Source: Caulobacteraceae bacterium
GTDB taxonomy: Bacteria > Pseudomonadota > Alphaproteobacteria > Caulobacterales > Caulobacteraceae
Direction of reading: 5' to 3'
Length of the DNA: 64,000 bases
NCBI GenBank assembly: GCA_947478785.1
Contig: CANJXI010000006.1
Coordinates: forward strand, 14,961-78,960
Part shown: one piece after another, positions 50,950 to 64,000 of the stretch
Position numbering within the stretch: the first letter of the stretch is position 1
Layout: every line of letters begins with the position of its first letter
Program-made: the position numbers and the translations under genes
Notes under the pieces: model-generated
Databases searched by the model: none
The model's input: only the letters and a program-made list of their open reading frames with translations
What the model was told of the DNA's origin: nothing

Positions 50950-51639
50950 CTAGTGGTAGCGGCGGATCAGGCCCACCAGCTTGCCCTGCACGGCGACCTG
51001 GTCGGGACCGAAGATGCGGGTTTCGTAGGCCGGATTGGCGGCCTCGAGCGCGATCGACGCGCCCTTGCGGCGCAGCCGCTTCAGCGTCGCCTCCTCGCCG
51101 TTCACCAGGGCCACCACGATATCGCCCGAGGTGGCGGTGTCGCCGCGCCGGATGACCACGAAGTCGCCGTCCAGGATGCCGGCGTTGATCATCGAATCGC
51201 CCTGGATCTCAAGGACGAAGTGCTCGCCCGCGCCGAGCATGCTTTCCGGCACCGGCAGGCGGTCCCGCTCCTGCTGGATCGCCTCGATGGGCGTGCCCGC
51301 CGCGATCTTGCCCAGGATGGGCAGGTCGCGCGTGTCGTTGGCCGCCGGGGCCGCGGCCTGGCCGGCCTCGACGAGTTGCGGCTTGAAGGGCGAGCGGCCC
51401 TTTGGCGGCGCGGCGGGCGTGGCCTGCTGGGGAAGCTTGACCACCTCCAGCGCGCGGGCCCGGTGCGGCAGGCGGCGCAGGAACCCGCGCTCCTCGAGCG
51501 CGGTGATCAGCCGGTGGATGCCCGACTTCGACGCCAGGTCCAGCGCCTCCTTCATCTCGTCGAAGGAGGGCGAGACCCCGGACTCCTTGATCCGCTCGTG
51601 AATGAACATCAGCAATTCGTGTTGCTTGCGAGTGAGCAT
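50950..51639 (-). CDS. lexA: SOS repressor LexA
   Basis: MLTRKQ..SPSFDEM, cleavage site [19 protein letters not shown]. Confidence 0.98.
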   Translation of the reverse strand: MLTRKQHELLMFIHERIKESGVSPSFDEMKEALDLASKSGIHRLITALEERGFLRRLPHRARALEVVKLPQQATPAAPPKGRSPFKPQLVEAGQAAAPAANDTRDLPILGKIAAGTPIEAIQQERDRLPVPESMLGAGEHFVLEIQGDSMINAGILDGDFVVIRRGDTATSGDIVVALVNGEEATLKRLRRKGASIALEAANPAYETRIFGPDQVAVQGKLVGLIRRYH

Positions 51640-51693
51640 CGGTCCGGACCTCGACTGGCGCGCCTGAGAACAAAGCGCAAACGTTATTTGGAT

Positions 51694-51708
51694 GTTCTCT
51701 AGGTGTTC
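51694..51708. promoter_or_regulatory. Alphaproteobacterial LexA box
   Basis: GTTC-TCTAGGT-GTTC (GTTC-N7-GTTC); second imperfect box GAAC-N7-AAAC at 51668-51682; -35 TTGACA on the minus strand at 51722-51717. Confidence 0.9.
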
Positions 51709-51776
51709 CGGATTAATGTCAAGTTACCGCGCGGCCCTATGAAAAATCAGCGGAATTCGGCGGCGGGATCGGCGAC

Positions 51777-52568
51777 TCAGGCCGCCAGCAAGGCGCGAGT
51801 CGCCGCGAGGACATCCGTCTGGCGCATCAGGCTCTCGCCCACCAGCATGGCCCGGGCGCCGCTGGCCTCCAGCCGCGCGGCGTCGGCGGCCGTCGCAATT
51901 CCGCTCTCGGTGACCAGCAGGGCGCCGGCGGGAACCCGGCCGGCCAGGGTCTCGGTCACGCCGATGTCGGTCTCGAAGGTGCGCAGGTCGCGGTTGTTGA
52001 CCCCGATGAGTTTGGCCCCAAGCCGGCCGGCCCGGTCCATCTCGGCGGCGTCGTGCACCTCGACCAGGGCGTCCATGCCGTGGCTCTCGGCCGCGGCGAT
52101 CAGGTCCGACGCCAGCGTGTCGTCGACCATGGCCAGGATCACCAGCACCGCGTCGGCGCCCAGCGACCGGCTCTCGGCCACCTGCCAGGGGTCCACCAGG
52201 AACTCCTTGCGGATACAGGGCAGGCCGCAGGCGCCGCGGGCCGCCACAAGGTCGGCGTCGGCGCCCTGGAAACTGGGGCCGTCGGTGAGCACGGAAAGGC
52301 AGGCCGCCCCGCCGTTCTCGTAGGCCACGGCCAGTTCGACGGGCTGGAAATCCGCCCGGATCAGGCCCTTGGAGGGCGAGGCCTTCTTGATCTCGGCGAT
52401 CAGCGCCAGGCGGCCCGGTGCGTGGGCCCTTTCGAGCGCCGCGCGGAACGGGCGTGGCTGCGAGACCTCCCGGATGCTCGCTTCAAGCGCGGCCCAGGGG
52501 CGCGTCGCCTTGCGGGCCGCCACCTCGCGCCGCTTGTAGTCGGCGATCTCGCTCAGAATGTCGTTCAT
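51777..52568 (-). CDS. trpC: Indole-3-glycerol phosphate synthase
   Basis: [39 protein letters not shown]; ATG 52568. Confidence 0.97.
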   Translation of the reverse strand: MNDILSEIADYKRREVAARKATRPWAALEASIREVSQPRPFRAALERAHAPGRLALIAEIKKASPSKGLIRADFQPVELAVAYENGGAACLSVLTDGPSFQGADADLVAARGACGLPCIRKEFLVDPWQVAESRSLGADAVLVILAMVDDTLASDLIAAAESHGMDALVEVHDAAEMDRAGRLGAKLIGVNNRDLRTFETDIGVTETLAGRVPAGALLVTESGIATAADAARLEASGARAMLVGESLMRQTDVLAATRALLAA

Positions 52569-53578
52569 AGGCCCGCCACCGCCACCAGCTTGTCCAGCGC
52601 GCCCTGCGCCCTTCCGTCGTCTATCACCGCGCCCGCGAGCGCCACGCCGTCCCGCAGGGTCTCGACCTTGTCGGCGACCAGGAAGGCCGCGGCCGCGTTC
52701 AGCGCCACAATGTCCCGGTAGGGGCCCAGGTTCCCGTCCAGCAGCGCCCGCAGCGCCTGGGCGTTCTCCTTGGGCCCGCCGCCGCTCAGGTCCGCGAGCG
52801 CCGCGCGCGGCAGTCCGACGGCCTCTGGCGTCACGGTGAACAGCCTGACCTGGCCGTCGCGCAACTCGGCCACGCTGGTCTCGCCGGTCGTGGTCATCTC
52901 GTCCAGGCCCTGGCCGTGGACCACCCAGGCCCGCTCGGCGCCCAGCGCGCCCAGCGCCTCGGCCAGCGGCCGCACCCAGCGTTCGGCAAAGACGCCCACC
53001 ACCTGCCGCTGCGCCCCCGCCGGATTGGTCAGCGGGCCCAGAAGGTTGAAGATCGTCCGGAACCCGAGCTCGGCCCGGATCGGCGAGACGTGGCGCATGG
53101 CCCCGTGGTGGGCCGGCGCGAACATGAAACAGATGCCGGCCTCGTCCAGCGCCCGCATCTGCCGGTCCATGGAAGCCGCGATATCGACGCCCAGTTCGGT
53201 CAAGACGTCGGCGGTCCCGGATTTCGACGACAGGGCGCGGTTGCCGTGCTTGGCGACCTTCAGGCCGCCGCCGGCCGCCACGAACCCCACGGCCGTGGAG
53301 ATGTTCAGCGTATGCAGGCCGTCGCCGCCGGTGCCGCAGACGTCGATGGTCGGGTAGGGCGGCGTGATCCTGACGGCGGCCTGGCGCATGGCGCGCGCGC
53401 AGGCGGTGATCTCGCCCAGCGTCTCGCCGCGCATCCGCATGGCCGTCAGCGCCGCGCCGACCTGGGCCGGGGTGGGCTCTCCGCGCAGGCAGGCGGCGAA
53501 GAACACCTCGGCGTCCTCGTCGGACAGGGTAGCGCCGTCGGCCAGCCGGCTGAGCAGGGGTTTGAACGCGTCGGACAA
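52565..53578 (-). CDS. trpD: Anthranilate phosphoribosyltransferase
   Basis: [34 protein letters not shown]; TTG start. Confidence 0.97.
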   Translation of the reverse strand: MSDAFKPLLSRLADGATLSDEDAEVFFAACLRGEPTPAQVGAALTAMRMRGETLGEITACARAMRQAAVRITPPYPTIDVCGTGGDGLHTLNISTAVGFVAAGGGLKVAKHGNRALSSKSGTADVLTELGVDIAASMDRQMRALDEAGICFMFAPAHHGAMRHVSPIRAELGFRTIFNLLGPLTNPAGAQRQVVGVFAERWVRPLAEALGALGAERAWVVHGQGLDEMTTTGETSVAELRDGQVRLFTVTPEAVGLPRAALADLSGGGPKENAQALRALLDGNLGPYRDIVALNAAAAFLVADKVETLRDGVALAGAVIDDGRAQGALDKLVAVAGL

Positions 53579-53581
53579 GCG

Positions 53582-54172
53582 TCAGGCCCTGGCCAGGCGC
53601 CTCACGCCGGCGATGTCGAGGAAGTTCGTCAGCAGGTCGTGGCCGCACTCGGTGGCGATGGATTCGGGGTGGAACTGCACGCCGTGCACGGGACGCGTGC
53701 GGTGCCGCAGGCCCATGATCTCGCCGTCCTCGGTCCAGGCGGTGACCTCCAGGTCGGCGGGCAGGGTGGCCTTGTCCACCGCCAGGCTGTGGTAGCGGGT
53801 GGCCGTGAACGGGTTCGGAAGGCCCGCGAACACGCCCTTGCCCTCGTGATGGATGGCGCTGGTCTTGCCGTGCATGATCGCCTTGGCGCGGATGACGTCG
53901 CCGCCATAGGCCTGTCCGATCGCCTGGTGGCCCAGGCAGACGCCGAAGATCGGCAGGTCGGCCGGCGCGCCCGCCAGCAGCCCCAGGCAGATCCCCGCCT
54001 CGTTGGGCGTCTTGGGGCCCGGCGACAGCAGCACGCCCTGCGGCCTGAGCCCCAGCGCCTCGGCGACGCTGAGCGCGTCGTTGCGATGGACGAGCGTCTC
54101 CGCGCCCAGCTCATTGAGGTAATGAACCAGGTTGTAGGTGAAGCTGTCGTAGTTATCGATCACCAGGATCAT
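53582..54172 (-). CDS. trpG: Anthranilate synthase component II
   Basis: [33 protein letters not shown]. Confidence 0.96.
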   Translation of the reverse strand: MILVIDNYDSFTYNLVHYLNELGAETLVHRNDALSVAEALGLRPQGVLLSPGPKTPNEAGICLGLLAGAPADLPIFGVCLGHQAIGQAYGGDVIRAKAIMHGKTSAIHHEGKGVFAGLPNPFTATRYHSLAVDKATLPADLEVTAWTEDGEIMGLRHRTRPVHGVQFHPESIATECGHDLLTNFLDIAGVRRLARA

Positions 54173-54218
54173 GGGCTCTCTCTATGACGTAGGTCCGACT
54201 CCGGCAATGCTCCGCGCC

Positions 54219-54419
54219 ATGGCGATGACCAGCTCAGCCCTCGACCCGCACGAGATCGCCCGGGCTCGCGCGTTGCTCAGCCCGGTGGCCGCGCGGGAGC
54301 CGATCTGGCCGGCCCTGGCCGCCGCGGGGTTCCTGGCGCTTTCCGCCCTGGGCTTCGCCACCGCCATGGTGATGGCCCCGCCCATCGTCAGCGAACCCGT
54401 GGCTCGCGGCGTGCGCTAG
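54219..54419 (+). CDS. Small single-TM hypothetical protein between trpE and trpG
   Basis: ARARALL..WPALAAAGFLALSALGFATAMV; fills the intergenic gap on the opposite strand. Confidence 0.6.
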   Translation: MAMTSSALDPHEIARARALLSPVAAREPIWPALAAAGFLALSALGFATAMVMAPPIVSEPVARGVR

Positions 54420-54429
54420 CCCGAGCGCG

Positions 54430-55962
54430 TCACACGAACCGCCAGCTTTCCTCGGCCGCGCGGCGGAGCGCCCGGGCCTTGTGCAGGGTCTCGTCGTATT
54501 CGGCGTCGGGATCGCTGTCGGCCACGACCCCGCCGCCGGCCTGGACGTACATCACGCCGTCCTTGAACAGCGCGGTGCGGAGCACGATGCAGGTGTCCAC
54601 CGAGCCGTCGCAGCCGAAGTAGCCGACGGCGCCGGCGTAGGCGATGCCGCGCTTCTCGGTCTCCAGCTCGTCGATGATCTCCATGGCGCGGACCTTCGGC
54701 GCGCCTGACAGGGTGCCGGCCGGCAGCGCGGCCATCACCACGTCGACCGGGTCGAGGCCCTCCGGCGCGTCGCCCTCGACGTTGGAGACCAGATGCATCA
54801 CGTGGCTGTAGCGCTCGACGAAGAAGCTCGCGGTCACCCGCACCCGCGGTTTGCCCGCCGGCTGGGCCGGCGCATTCGCGCCGGGCTCCTTCAACATGGC
54901 CACCCTGCCCACGTCGTTGCGGCCCAGGTCCAGCAGCATCAGGTGCTCGGCCCGCTCCTTGGGATCGGCCATCAGCTCGGCCTCCAGCGCCACGTCCTCG
55001 TCGGGCGTCGCGCCGCGGGGCCGGGTGCCGGCGATCGGACGGATGGTGATCTTGCCGTCGCGCAGCCTGACCAGGATTTCGGGCGAGGAGCCCGCGAGCT
55101 GGAAGTCCCCGAAGTTCAGGTAGAACAGGAAGGGCGAGGGGTTGGTCCGCCGCAGGGACCGGTAGAGCGCGAACGGGTCGCGGCCGTAGGGACTGCGGAA
55201 CCGGTGACTGGGCACCACCTGGAAGATGTCGCCGGCGCGGATGTAGGCCTTGGCCTTCTCGACGATCGCCCGGTAGCCCTCGCGGCTGACCGGCGTGGTG
55301 AAAGCGTCGGGCTCGGCCCGGCCGTTGCCGATCAGCGGCGGCGTCGGGCGCTTCAGGTCGGCCATGACGGCATGCAACCGCCCCTGCGCCGCCGCATAGG
55401 CCGCCTTTGCCGACTCTGCGCCCGGCCTGACCGGCGTCACCAGGATGATCTCCTGGGCGATGGCGTCGAAGATCGCCACGATCGACGGCCGGGTCATGAT
55501 CCCGTCCGGCAGGTCCAGCGGGTCCGGGTTGATATCTGGCAGCCGCTCGGTGAGCCGGATCATGTCATAGCCGATCGCCCCGAACAGGCCCGCCGACGGC
55601 GGCGGCAAGCCCTCGGGCCGCTGGATCTGCGAGGCGGCGACCAGGTCGCGCAGGCTGTCCAGCGCGCCTCCGGGCTGCGCCGTGAACCGGCCGGCGGCGA
55701 CATCCTGGCCCTCGGCGACCTCCGCCCTGTCGCCCCGGCAGCGCCAAACCAGGTCGGGCTCCAGCGTGATGATCGAATAGCGCGCGCGGAAGGCGCCGCC
55801 CTCCACCGACTCGAACAGGAAGGCGTAGGGCCGTCCATGGCCGATCTTCAGATAGGCTGAGACCGGCGTCTCCAGGTCGTCGATCAGGCGGGTCCAGACC
55901 AGCTGCGGCGCGCCGCCCCGGTAGGTGGTCTCGAAGGCCTCGAAGGAAGGCTCTACGGTCAC
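54430..55962 (-). CDS. trpE: Anthranilate synthase component I
   Basis: LETPVSAY, FLFESVEGG, GDIFQVV, SSPEILV, AEHLMLLDLGRND, PAGTLSGAPK. Confidence 0.97.
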   Translation of the reverse strand: MTVEPSFEAFETTYRGGAPQLVWTRLIDDLETPVSAYLKIGHGRPYAFLFESVEGGAFRARYSIITLEPDLVWRCRGDRAEVAEGQDVAAGRFTAQPGGALDSLRDLVAASQIQRPEGLPPPSAGLFGAIGYDMIRLTERLPDINPDPLDLPDGIMTRPSIVAIFDAIAQEIILVTPVRPGAESAKAAYAAAQGRLHAVMADLKRPTPPLIGNGRAEPDAFTTPVSREGYRAIVEKAKAYIRAGDIFQVVPSHRFRSPYGRDPFALYRSLRRTNPSPFLFYLNFGDFQLAGSSPEILVRLRDGKITIRPIAGTRPRGATPDEDVALEAELMADPKERAEHLMLLDLGRNDVGRVAMLKEPGANAPAQPAGKPRVRVTASFFVERYSHVMHLVSNVEGDAPEGLDPVDVVMAALPAGTLSGAPKVRAMEIIDELETEKRGIAYAGAVGYFGCDGSVDTCIVLRTALFKDGVMYVQAGGGVVADSDPDAEYDETLHKARALRRAAEESWRFV

Positions 55963-57896
55963 TTCGCCTTCTCGGGCTTGCCGCCCGCCTTGGCGGGGTC
56001 GGTGGCGGCCGGCAGGGGCTCCATGCCGATGGCGGCGCGGGCGCGGGCCACGTCGGCCGTCACCTTGACCTTCTTGCGGGCGGCGAACTGGGCGCTCTCG
56101 GCGATCTCGCGGAAGATCGCGGCGCTCATCTGCGGCCGCATCTCCTCGGTGATCCGGGCCAGCGTCGAGGCTTCGCCGGCGCGGACCGTCTCGAGCTTGC
56201 CGACCGCCAGGCTGAACGCCTTGGTCTGGGCGGTGAACACCTCGCCGGGCTTGGCGCCGAACGCCTTCACCAGCAGTTCCTGGGACAGCACCTGGTTCTG
56301 GCCGGCCGACTGCCGGTCGAGATTGGCGACTCGGGTGACCGTCTGGCCGGCCGAGGCCGCCACCGCCTCCAGGCTCTCGCCCTTGCGGACGCGCGCGGCC
56401 AGTTCGTCGGCCCGGGCCTGCATCCGCTTGGCGGTCTCGCGCATCATCCAGAACTTCGTGAGCTGCGGCTTGATGTCGGCCAGGTTCACCAGGGCCGGCG
56501 GCGTCACCTTCTCCACGCGGACGGCGAAATATTCGCCGTTGCCGGCTTCCTCGACCTCGCTCTCGCCGCCGGCGGGCAGGGCGAAGGCGACGTCCATGAG
56601 CTTCTGGGACAGGCCCTGCACCGGCTGGCCGTGCGGATCGCGGCCATCGCGATTCAACGGGCCCATGGTCACCGCCGGCACGCCGGCCTTGGCCGCGGCG
56701 TCCGACAGGGCGGCGCCGGCCTTGCGGGCGTCGTCATAGGCCTGGCTGAGCGCATAGACCTTCTCGGACGCCGCGTCCTTGCGCAGCTCGGCCGCCAGGG
56801 CGGGGCGGGCCTCCGCGAGGGTCACGGCATGGCCGGGCGTGATGGCGACCACCTTGATCACCGCCGGGCCCAGGTCGCCCTGCACCGGGGCCATCTGGCC
56901 GGCCTGCAGGCCGAACGCGGCGGCGGCCACCTTCTTGTCGGCGATCGCCGAGGCGGGCTTGTTGTCATAGGTGATGGCTTCCACGCCTACCGCCTTGGCG
57001 ACCGCCGCCGGGGCCTCGCCCTTGGCCAGCCGCTGGCCGATCTCGGTCGCGGCCTGGGCGCTCTTGGCGGGGATCTGCACGATGGTCCGGGTTTCCGGCG
57101 TCGACATCGTATCCTTGCGGAAGTCGTAGCGCTTCTTCAGCTCGGCCTCGTCGATCGGCAGGCTCGCGCCCACCAGCACGGGCGAGAAGCGCGCCACCGT
57201 CAGCACCCGCATCTCGGCCTGCGTGAACTGGGCGGGATTCTGCTTCATGAAGGCGGTCAGGTCGGCGTCGGTCGGGAGCGCCGGCTGCGGCACGCTGGTG
57301 GGCTCGACCGTGAAATAGCCGATATCGCGGGCCTCCAGGGCGTAGATGGCGGCCAGCGCCGTATAGGCGCGCGGCACCTGCAGGCCGGCCGCCATGCCGG
57401 CCGCCACATGCTGCTGGGCGATGCCGTCGCGCATCACCTGGTCGAACTTGGGCGGCGTGAACCCGTTCTCGCCCAGCTTCTGTTCGTAGGCCTTCTTGTC
57501 GAAGCGGCCCGACACCTGGTCGAAGAACGCCGGGATCTTGCGGATCTCCTGGACGATCAGCTTGGGCGACGGCTGGACGCCGATCTGGCGCAGATATTCG
57601 GCGAACGCTTCGCGGCCCGCCATGCCTTCGAGCACGCGGCGGTCTATGCCGTTGGCCGAGGCCACCTCCAGCGACAGGGGCTGGCCGGCCTGCTGTTCCA
57701 GGCGCGCCTTGACGCCCTCGTACTCGCGCTTGAAGTCGGCCGGCGTCACCGTCCGCGAGCCCGCGGTGATCACGCCGCTCGAGACCTTGGCCTTGAACAT
57801 GTCGGACACGCCGAACACGGCGAAGCTGACGATGAGCAGGCCGATCAGGACGGCGGCGACCCAGGATTTCGCAAAGGCGCGGATAGCGGAAAGCAT
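55959..57896 (-). CDS. SurA-N/PpiD-like membrane-anchored chaperone/peptidylprolyl isomerase
   Basis: N-terminal anchor LIGLLIVSFAVFG, SurA-N-like region, rotamase-like segments; usual position between tpiA and trpE. Confidence 0.88.
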   Translation of the reverse strand: MLSAIRAFAKSWVAAVLIGLLIVSFAVFGVSDMFKAKVSSGVITAGSRTVTPADFKREYEGVKARLEQQAGQPLSLEVASANGIDRRVLEGMAGREAFAEYLRQIGVQPSPKLIVQEIRKIPAFFDQVSGRFDKKAYEQKLGENGFTPPKFDQVMRDGIAQQHVAAGMAAGLQVPRAYTALAAIYALEARDIGYFTVEPTSVPQPALPTDADLTAFMKQNPAQFTQAEMRVLTVARFSPVLVGASLPIDEAELKKRYDFRKDTMSTPETRTIVQIPAKSAQAATEIGQRLAKGEAPAAVAKAVGVEAITYDNKPASAIADKKVAAAAFGLQAGQMAPVQGDLGPAVIKVVAITPGHAVTLAEARPALAAELRKDAASEKVYALSQAYDDARKAGAALSDAAAKAGVPAVTMGPLNRDGRDPHGQPVQGLSQKLMDVAFALPAGGESEVEEAGNGEYFAVRVEKVTPPALVNLADIKPQLTKFWMMRETAKRMQARADELAARVRKGESLEAVAASAGQTVTRVANLDRQSAGQNQVLSQELLVKAFGAKPGEVFTAQTKAFSLAVGKLETVRAGEASTLARITEEMRPQMSAAIFREIAESAQFAARKKVKVTADVARARAAIGMEPLPAATDPAKAGGKPEKAK

Positions 57897-58020
57897 CAAA
57901 TCCCTTTCAGGGGCGCGAAGTGTGCGCGCCGGTATAGTGGAGGCCCGTCCCGCGGGGCAAGCGCGTGACAGAAGGCCCGGCTTGGCTTAACCGCCGCCGA
58001 CGCGCCAAAAGTGAGGCCTG

Positions 58021-58758
58021 ATGACCGCTCCCGTCCCCCTGATCGCCGGAAACTGGAAGATGCACGGCCTGGCCGCCGCCCTGGACGAGGCCCGCGCCGT
58101 GGCGGCCGGGGTTGGCGCCGCGGGCGCTCGCGTGGCCCTGTGCCCGCCGGCCAGCCTCGTCCACCGGATGAGCCAGGCGCTGGCCGGCTCGGCGGTGCTG
58201 GTGGGCGGCCAGGATTGCCGGGCCGAGGAGACCGGCGCGTTCACCGGCGACGTCTCGGCCGAGATGCTGGCCGACGCCGGCGCGGTCCTGGTGATCCTCG
58301 GCCACTCCGAGCGCCGGGCCGGCTACGGCGAAAGCGACGCCCTGGTGGCGGCCAAGACATTGGCGGCGCTGCACGCGGGGCTAGAGCCCATCGTCTGCGT
58401 CGGCGAGACCTTGGCGCAACGCAAGGCCGGCGAGGCGATCGCCGTCGTCACCGCCCAGGTGCGCGGATCGCTGCCGCCCGAGCTCGCCGGCCGGCCGTTC
58501 TCCGTGGCCTATGAGCCGGTCTGGGCGATCGGCACGGGCCTCACCCCCACGACGCCGGAGATCGAGGAGATCCACCGCGCCATCCGCGCGACCCTGGCCG
58601 CCATGTTCGCTTCCGCACAGGCCCCGATCCTCTACGGCGGCTCGGTCAAGCCCGGCAACGCCGCCGAGATCCTGCACGCGGCCGAGGTCGGCGGCGCCCT
58701 GGTCGGCGGCGCCTCGCTCAAGGCCGCCGACTTCCTGGGGATCGTCGGCGCGCTCTAG
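58021..58758 (+). CDS. tpiA: Triosephosphate isomerase
   Basis: AGNWKM, GHSERR, AYEPVWAIGTG, LYGGSV, LVGGASL. Confidence 0.98.
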   Translation: MTAPVPLIAGNWKMHGLAAALDEARAVAAGVGAAGARVALCPPASLVHRMSQALAGSAVLVGGQDCRAEETGAFTGDVSAEMLADAGAVLVILGHSERRAGYGESDALVAAKTLAALHAGLEPIVCVGETLAQRKAGEAIAVVTAQVRGSLPPELAGRPFSVAYEPVWAIGTGLTPTTPEIEEIHRAIRATLAAMFASAQAPILYGGSVKPGNAAEILHAAEVGGALVGGASLKAADFLGIVGAL

Positions 58759-59165
58759 ACGCCGGGCCCCTTCAGCTCGACGGTGTTGCCCTCCGGGTCG
58801 CGGATGTAGAGCGAGAAGCCCTCGCCGTCGGCCCCATAGCGCAGGCCCTCATCCACGATCGCCACGTCGTGCGCGGCCAGGTGGGCGCGGATCGCGGGCT
58901 CGTCGAACGGGCGCACCCGCAGGGCGAGATGGTCCAGGTTGTGTGCGTCGAGGCCAGGCGCGGGGCCGCCCGACGCGCCCAGCGGACCATCGACCGTCAC
59001 GAGGTCGATCAACTGGCCGCCCGCCCGGATGTGGGTCAGGCCCAGTTCCGGCCGGTCGCGGTCCACCGCCAGGCCCAGAACGCCCTGATAGAATCCGAGC
59101 ATCGCGGCCTTGTCGCGGATCCGCAGGACGATGTGGTCGAAGCCGGTGACGACGATGGGGTTCAT
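58755..59165 (-). CDS. VOC/glyoxalase family protein
   Basis: FDHIVLR, LDHLAL, YIRDPEGNTVEL. Confidence 0.9.
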   Translation of the reverse strand: MNPIVVTGFDHIVLRIRDKAAMLGFYQGVLGLAVDRDRPELGLTHIRAGGQLIDLVTVDGPLGASGGPAPGLDAHNLDHLALRVRPFDEPAIRAHLAAHDVAIVDEGLRYGADGEGFSLYIRDPEGNTVELKGPGV

Positions 59166-59189
59166 CGCGCAGAGATAGGCGCGGGCCCG

Positions 59190-59729
59190 CTACAGCAAAA
59201 GTCCGAACAGCTGGCAGTCGCGCCGCTCGCCGGCCCGCAGGACATGGCCGCGCAGCAGGCCTTCGGAGCCAAATCCCAGCTTTTCCAGCAGCGAGTCGGA
59301 GCGCCGGTTGCCCAGGTGGGTGCGGGCGATCAGCCGTCGAAGCCCGCTGGCCGCCGCATAGGCCGCCACCGCCCGCATCGCCTCCAGCGCGTAGCCCCGG
59401 CCCCAGCTGTCGCGGCCCAGCATGAATCCCACCTCCGCGCGCCGCTGGCGGCGGTCGATCTCCGACAGGTCGCAGGCGCCGACGAACCCGCCGTCCGCCA
59501 GCCGTCGGATCGCCCAATAGACGGCGCGCCCCGCCGCCATGGCCTCGACCTGGCCTGAGACCACGTCGGCCACCAGGTCCGGGTCGTCGAGTTCGGGCAC
59601 GTCCCAGTAGGCCATCACCTCGGCGTCGGCCATCAGGGGGAACAGCAGGGCCGCATCCCCGTCCGCCAGCGGCTCCAGCCGCAGGCGCTCGGTTTCCAGG
59701 ATCGGCGGGTGGTCGGGTCGCTGGATCAT
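59190..59729 (-). CDS. GNAT acetyltransferase (RimJ/RimL type)
   Basis: LETERLRL, WGRGYALEA, NRRSDSLLEKLGF. Confidence 0.9.
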   Translation of the reverse strand: MIQRPDHPPILETERLRLEPLADGDAALLFPLMADAEVMAYWDVPELDDPDLVADVVSGQVEAMAAGRAVYWAIRRLADGGFVGACDLSEIDRRQRRAEVGFMLGRDSWGRGYALEAMRAVAAYAAASGLRRLIARTHLGNRRSDSLLEKLGFGSEGLLRGHVLRAGERRDCQLFGLLL

Positions 59730-59869
59730 CGGCCTTGTGTCGGGACTGCGACGCCCTAGCTATGGCGCTGGGACGGGCTCGGTGTTAGAGCCCGCGCTTC
59801 ATTTCGGCGGACCAGCCTTTCATTTCCATGAAGGCCGGCGCCCGCCGATACGCACCGGACCCGGAACCC

Positions 59870-60301
59870 ATGCTGCTAGGCCTCCTGCTCACCGCCCAGA
59901 TCATCGTGAGCGTCCTGCTTGTCTGCGTCGTGCTGCTGCAGCGCTCCGAAGGCGGCGGCTTCGTCGGCGGCGGCAGCCCGTCGGGCATGATGTCGGTGCG
60001 CGGCGCCGGCGACCTGATGACCCGGATCACCTGGACCCTGGGCGCGGCCTTCTTCATCATCAGCCTGCTGCTGACCATCCTGTCGGGCCGCGAGAAGGGC
60101 GCCTCGTCGGTCGTCGACCGGCTGAAGGTCGATTCCCTCGATCCCGCCAGCCTCGCACAGCCGGCCCAGAAGGCTCCGGCCGGCGCCCCCGGCCAACCGG
60201 CCGGCCCGCAAGGCGCGCCCGCGCCGTTCCAGGCGCCCGCGCCGACGGTCAACAACCCGTTCCTCGGCGCGCCCGCCGAAACCGCGCCGCCCCAGAAATA
60301 A
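59870..60301 (+). CDS. secG: Preprotein translocase subunit SecG
   Basis: VVLLQRSEGGG, GDLMTRITW, two TMs; Pro/Ala-rich tail. Confidence 0.93.
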   Translation: MLLGLLLTAQIIVSVLLVCVVLLQRSEGGGFVGGGSPSGMMSVRGAGDLMTRITWTLGAAFFIISLLLTILSGREKGASSVVDRLKVDSLDPASLAQPAQKAPAGAPGQPAGPQGAPAPFQAPAPTVNNPFLGAPAETAPPQK

Positions 60302-60361
60302 ATTGTCGTGGATGGGCTGGATCGAGTGACGCGCGACGGCCCCGAATCACGGCTACTCTGA

Positions 60362-62005
<1,644 letters not shown>

Positions 62006-62112
62006 CCGGCCTCGTGGCTTGATCGCGCCGGGGCTTTCAGGCATACACCCCCGCTCACGTCGGCGGCCTTATCCGGCCGCCGTCCTCATTTCCACGCCCG
62101 CGAGATCCTCCG

Positions 62113-62295
62113 ATGGCCGTTCCCAAGAGAAAAACTTCGCCGTCCCGGCGCAACATGCGCCGCTCGCACCACGCGCTCGGCCCCAACTCCTTCGTCGAGG
62201 ACAAGGAGACCGGTGAACTGAAGCGCCCGCACCACGTCGACCTGAAGACCGGTATGTACAAGGGCCGCCAGGTCCTGACGCCGAAGGAAGACTAG
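62113..62295 (+). CDS. rpmF: 50S ribosomal protein L32
   Basis: [31 protein letters not shown]. Confidence 0.97.
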   Translation: MAVPKRKTSPSRRNMRRSHHALGPNSFVEDKETGELKRPHHVDLKTGMYKGRQVLTPKED

Positions 62296-62320
62296 GCTCC
62301 ACGCCTTCGCCGAATCCGTC

Positions 62321-62350
62321 ACGCCGGCCGCGCCTCGCGGTCGGCGTTTC
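62321..62350 (+). terminator. Intrinsic terminator after rpmF
   Basis: 11-bp stem ACGCCGGCCGC/GCGGTCGGCGT (one G-U) followed by a short T run. Confidence 0.6.
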
Positions 62351-62393
62351 TGATTCCGGACGGGCCGTTGCCCGGCGGCCGGAAGCTGGCTAA

Positions 62394-63710
<1,317 letters not shown>

Positions 63711-63723
63711 GCCCACGCCGCAC

Positions 63724-63746
63724 TTCCCGGCGAAAGCGGGAGCCCA
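63724..63746. repeat. Degenerate REP-like hairpin after eno
   Basis: TTCCCGGCGAAAGCGGGAGCCCA followed by a T-rich tract. Confidence 0.4.
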
Positions 63747-64000
63747 GGTTTATTTGAGATCCTCACGATTGCCCCTGCTCAACGGCCGGTGATCGCTGGC
63801 GCCCAGGGGCCGGTGCAGGGATTGAGGACGAGACGCCCGGATAGGGGCCGCAATCACCAACGATATGAATCCGGTCGCTTCCGGGCGGCGGATTGCCATC
63901 GGCATTATCCAGGTGGATCGCCTTGAGAAGGACCGTTTGGCTGCACGGCTCAGTCCACGCCGGCAAGAAATTGAGTTGGATTGCGACCTGGATTTATCAG

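Noticed and set aside
63750-64000. Minus-strand frame ending GASDHRPL..., reminiscent of an endonuclease/exonuclease/phosphatase C-terminus; also ORF 63763-63966
   Set aside because: A single short motif, atypical codon usage, and truncation by the window edge; not supportable.

Overview
GC-rich alphaproteobacterial chromosome segment; gene content, LexA box type and EcfG promoters point to Caulobacteraceae (inference). Most of the window is housekeeping: hrpB, dapA-smpB, folK, rpoZ-spoT, pyrE-pdxJ-acpS, lepB-rnc-era-recO, parC, aspS, lexA, trpE/G/D/C, tpiA, secG, pyrG, rpmF and eno, plus transporters and a two-component system. Four loci stand out. (1) An AT-rich islet right after parC (about 46.2-47.5 kb) carries a ThsB/DUF1863-like TIR gene and a divergent small membrane-protein gene, followed by gene debris including a frameshifted SRAP fragment; it is a candidate TIR + membrane-effector anti-phage module. 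(2) A stand-alone divergent class III nucleotidyl cyclase is inserted antisense between spoT and pyrE and overlaps spoT. (3) A TIR-TM receptor-like gene at the left edge (missed by the ORF track) lies 6 bp behind a PEP-CTERM gene. (4) A general-stress cluster has two back-to-back GGAAC-N16-CGTT promoters in front of an EcfG-type sigma factor and an EgtB-EgtD fusion. No rRNA, tRNA, CRISPR array, integrase or transposase was recognised. Family assignments come from motif recognition only; no database search was run.
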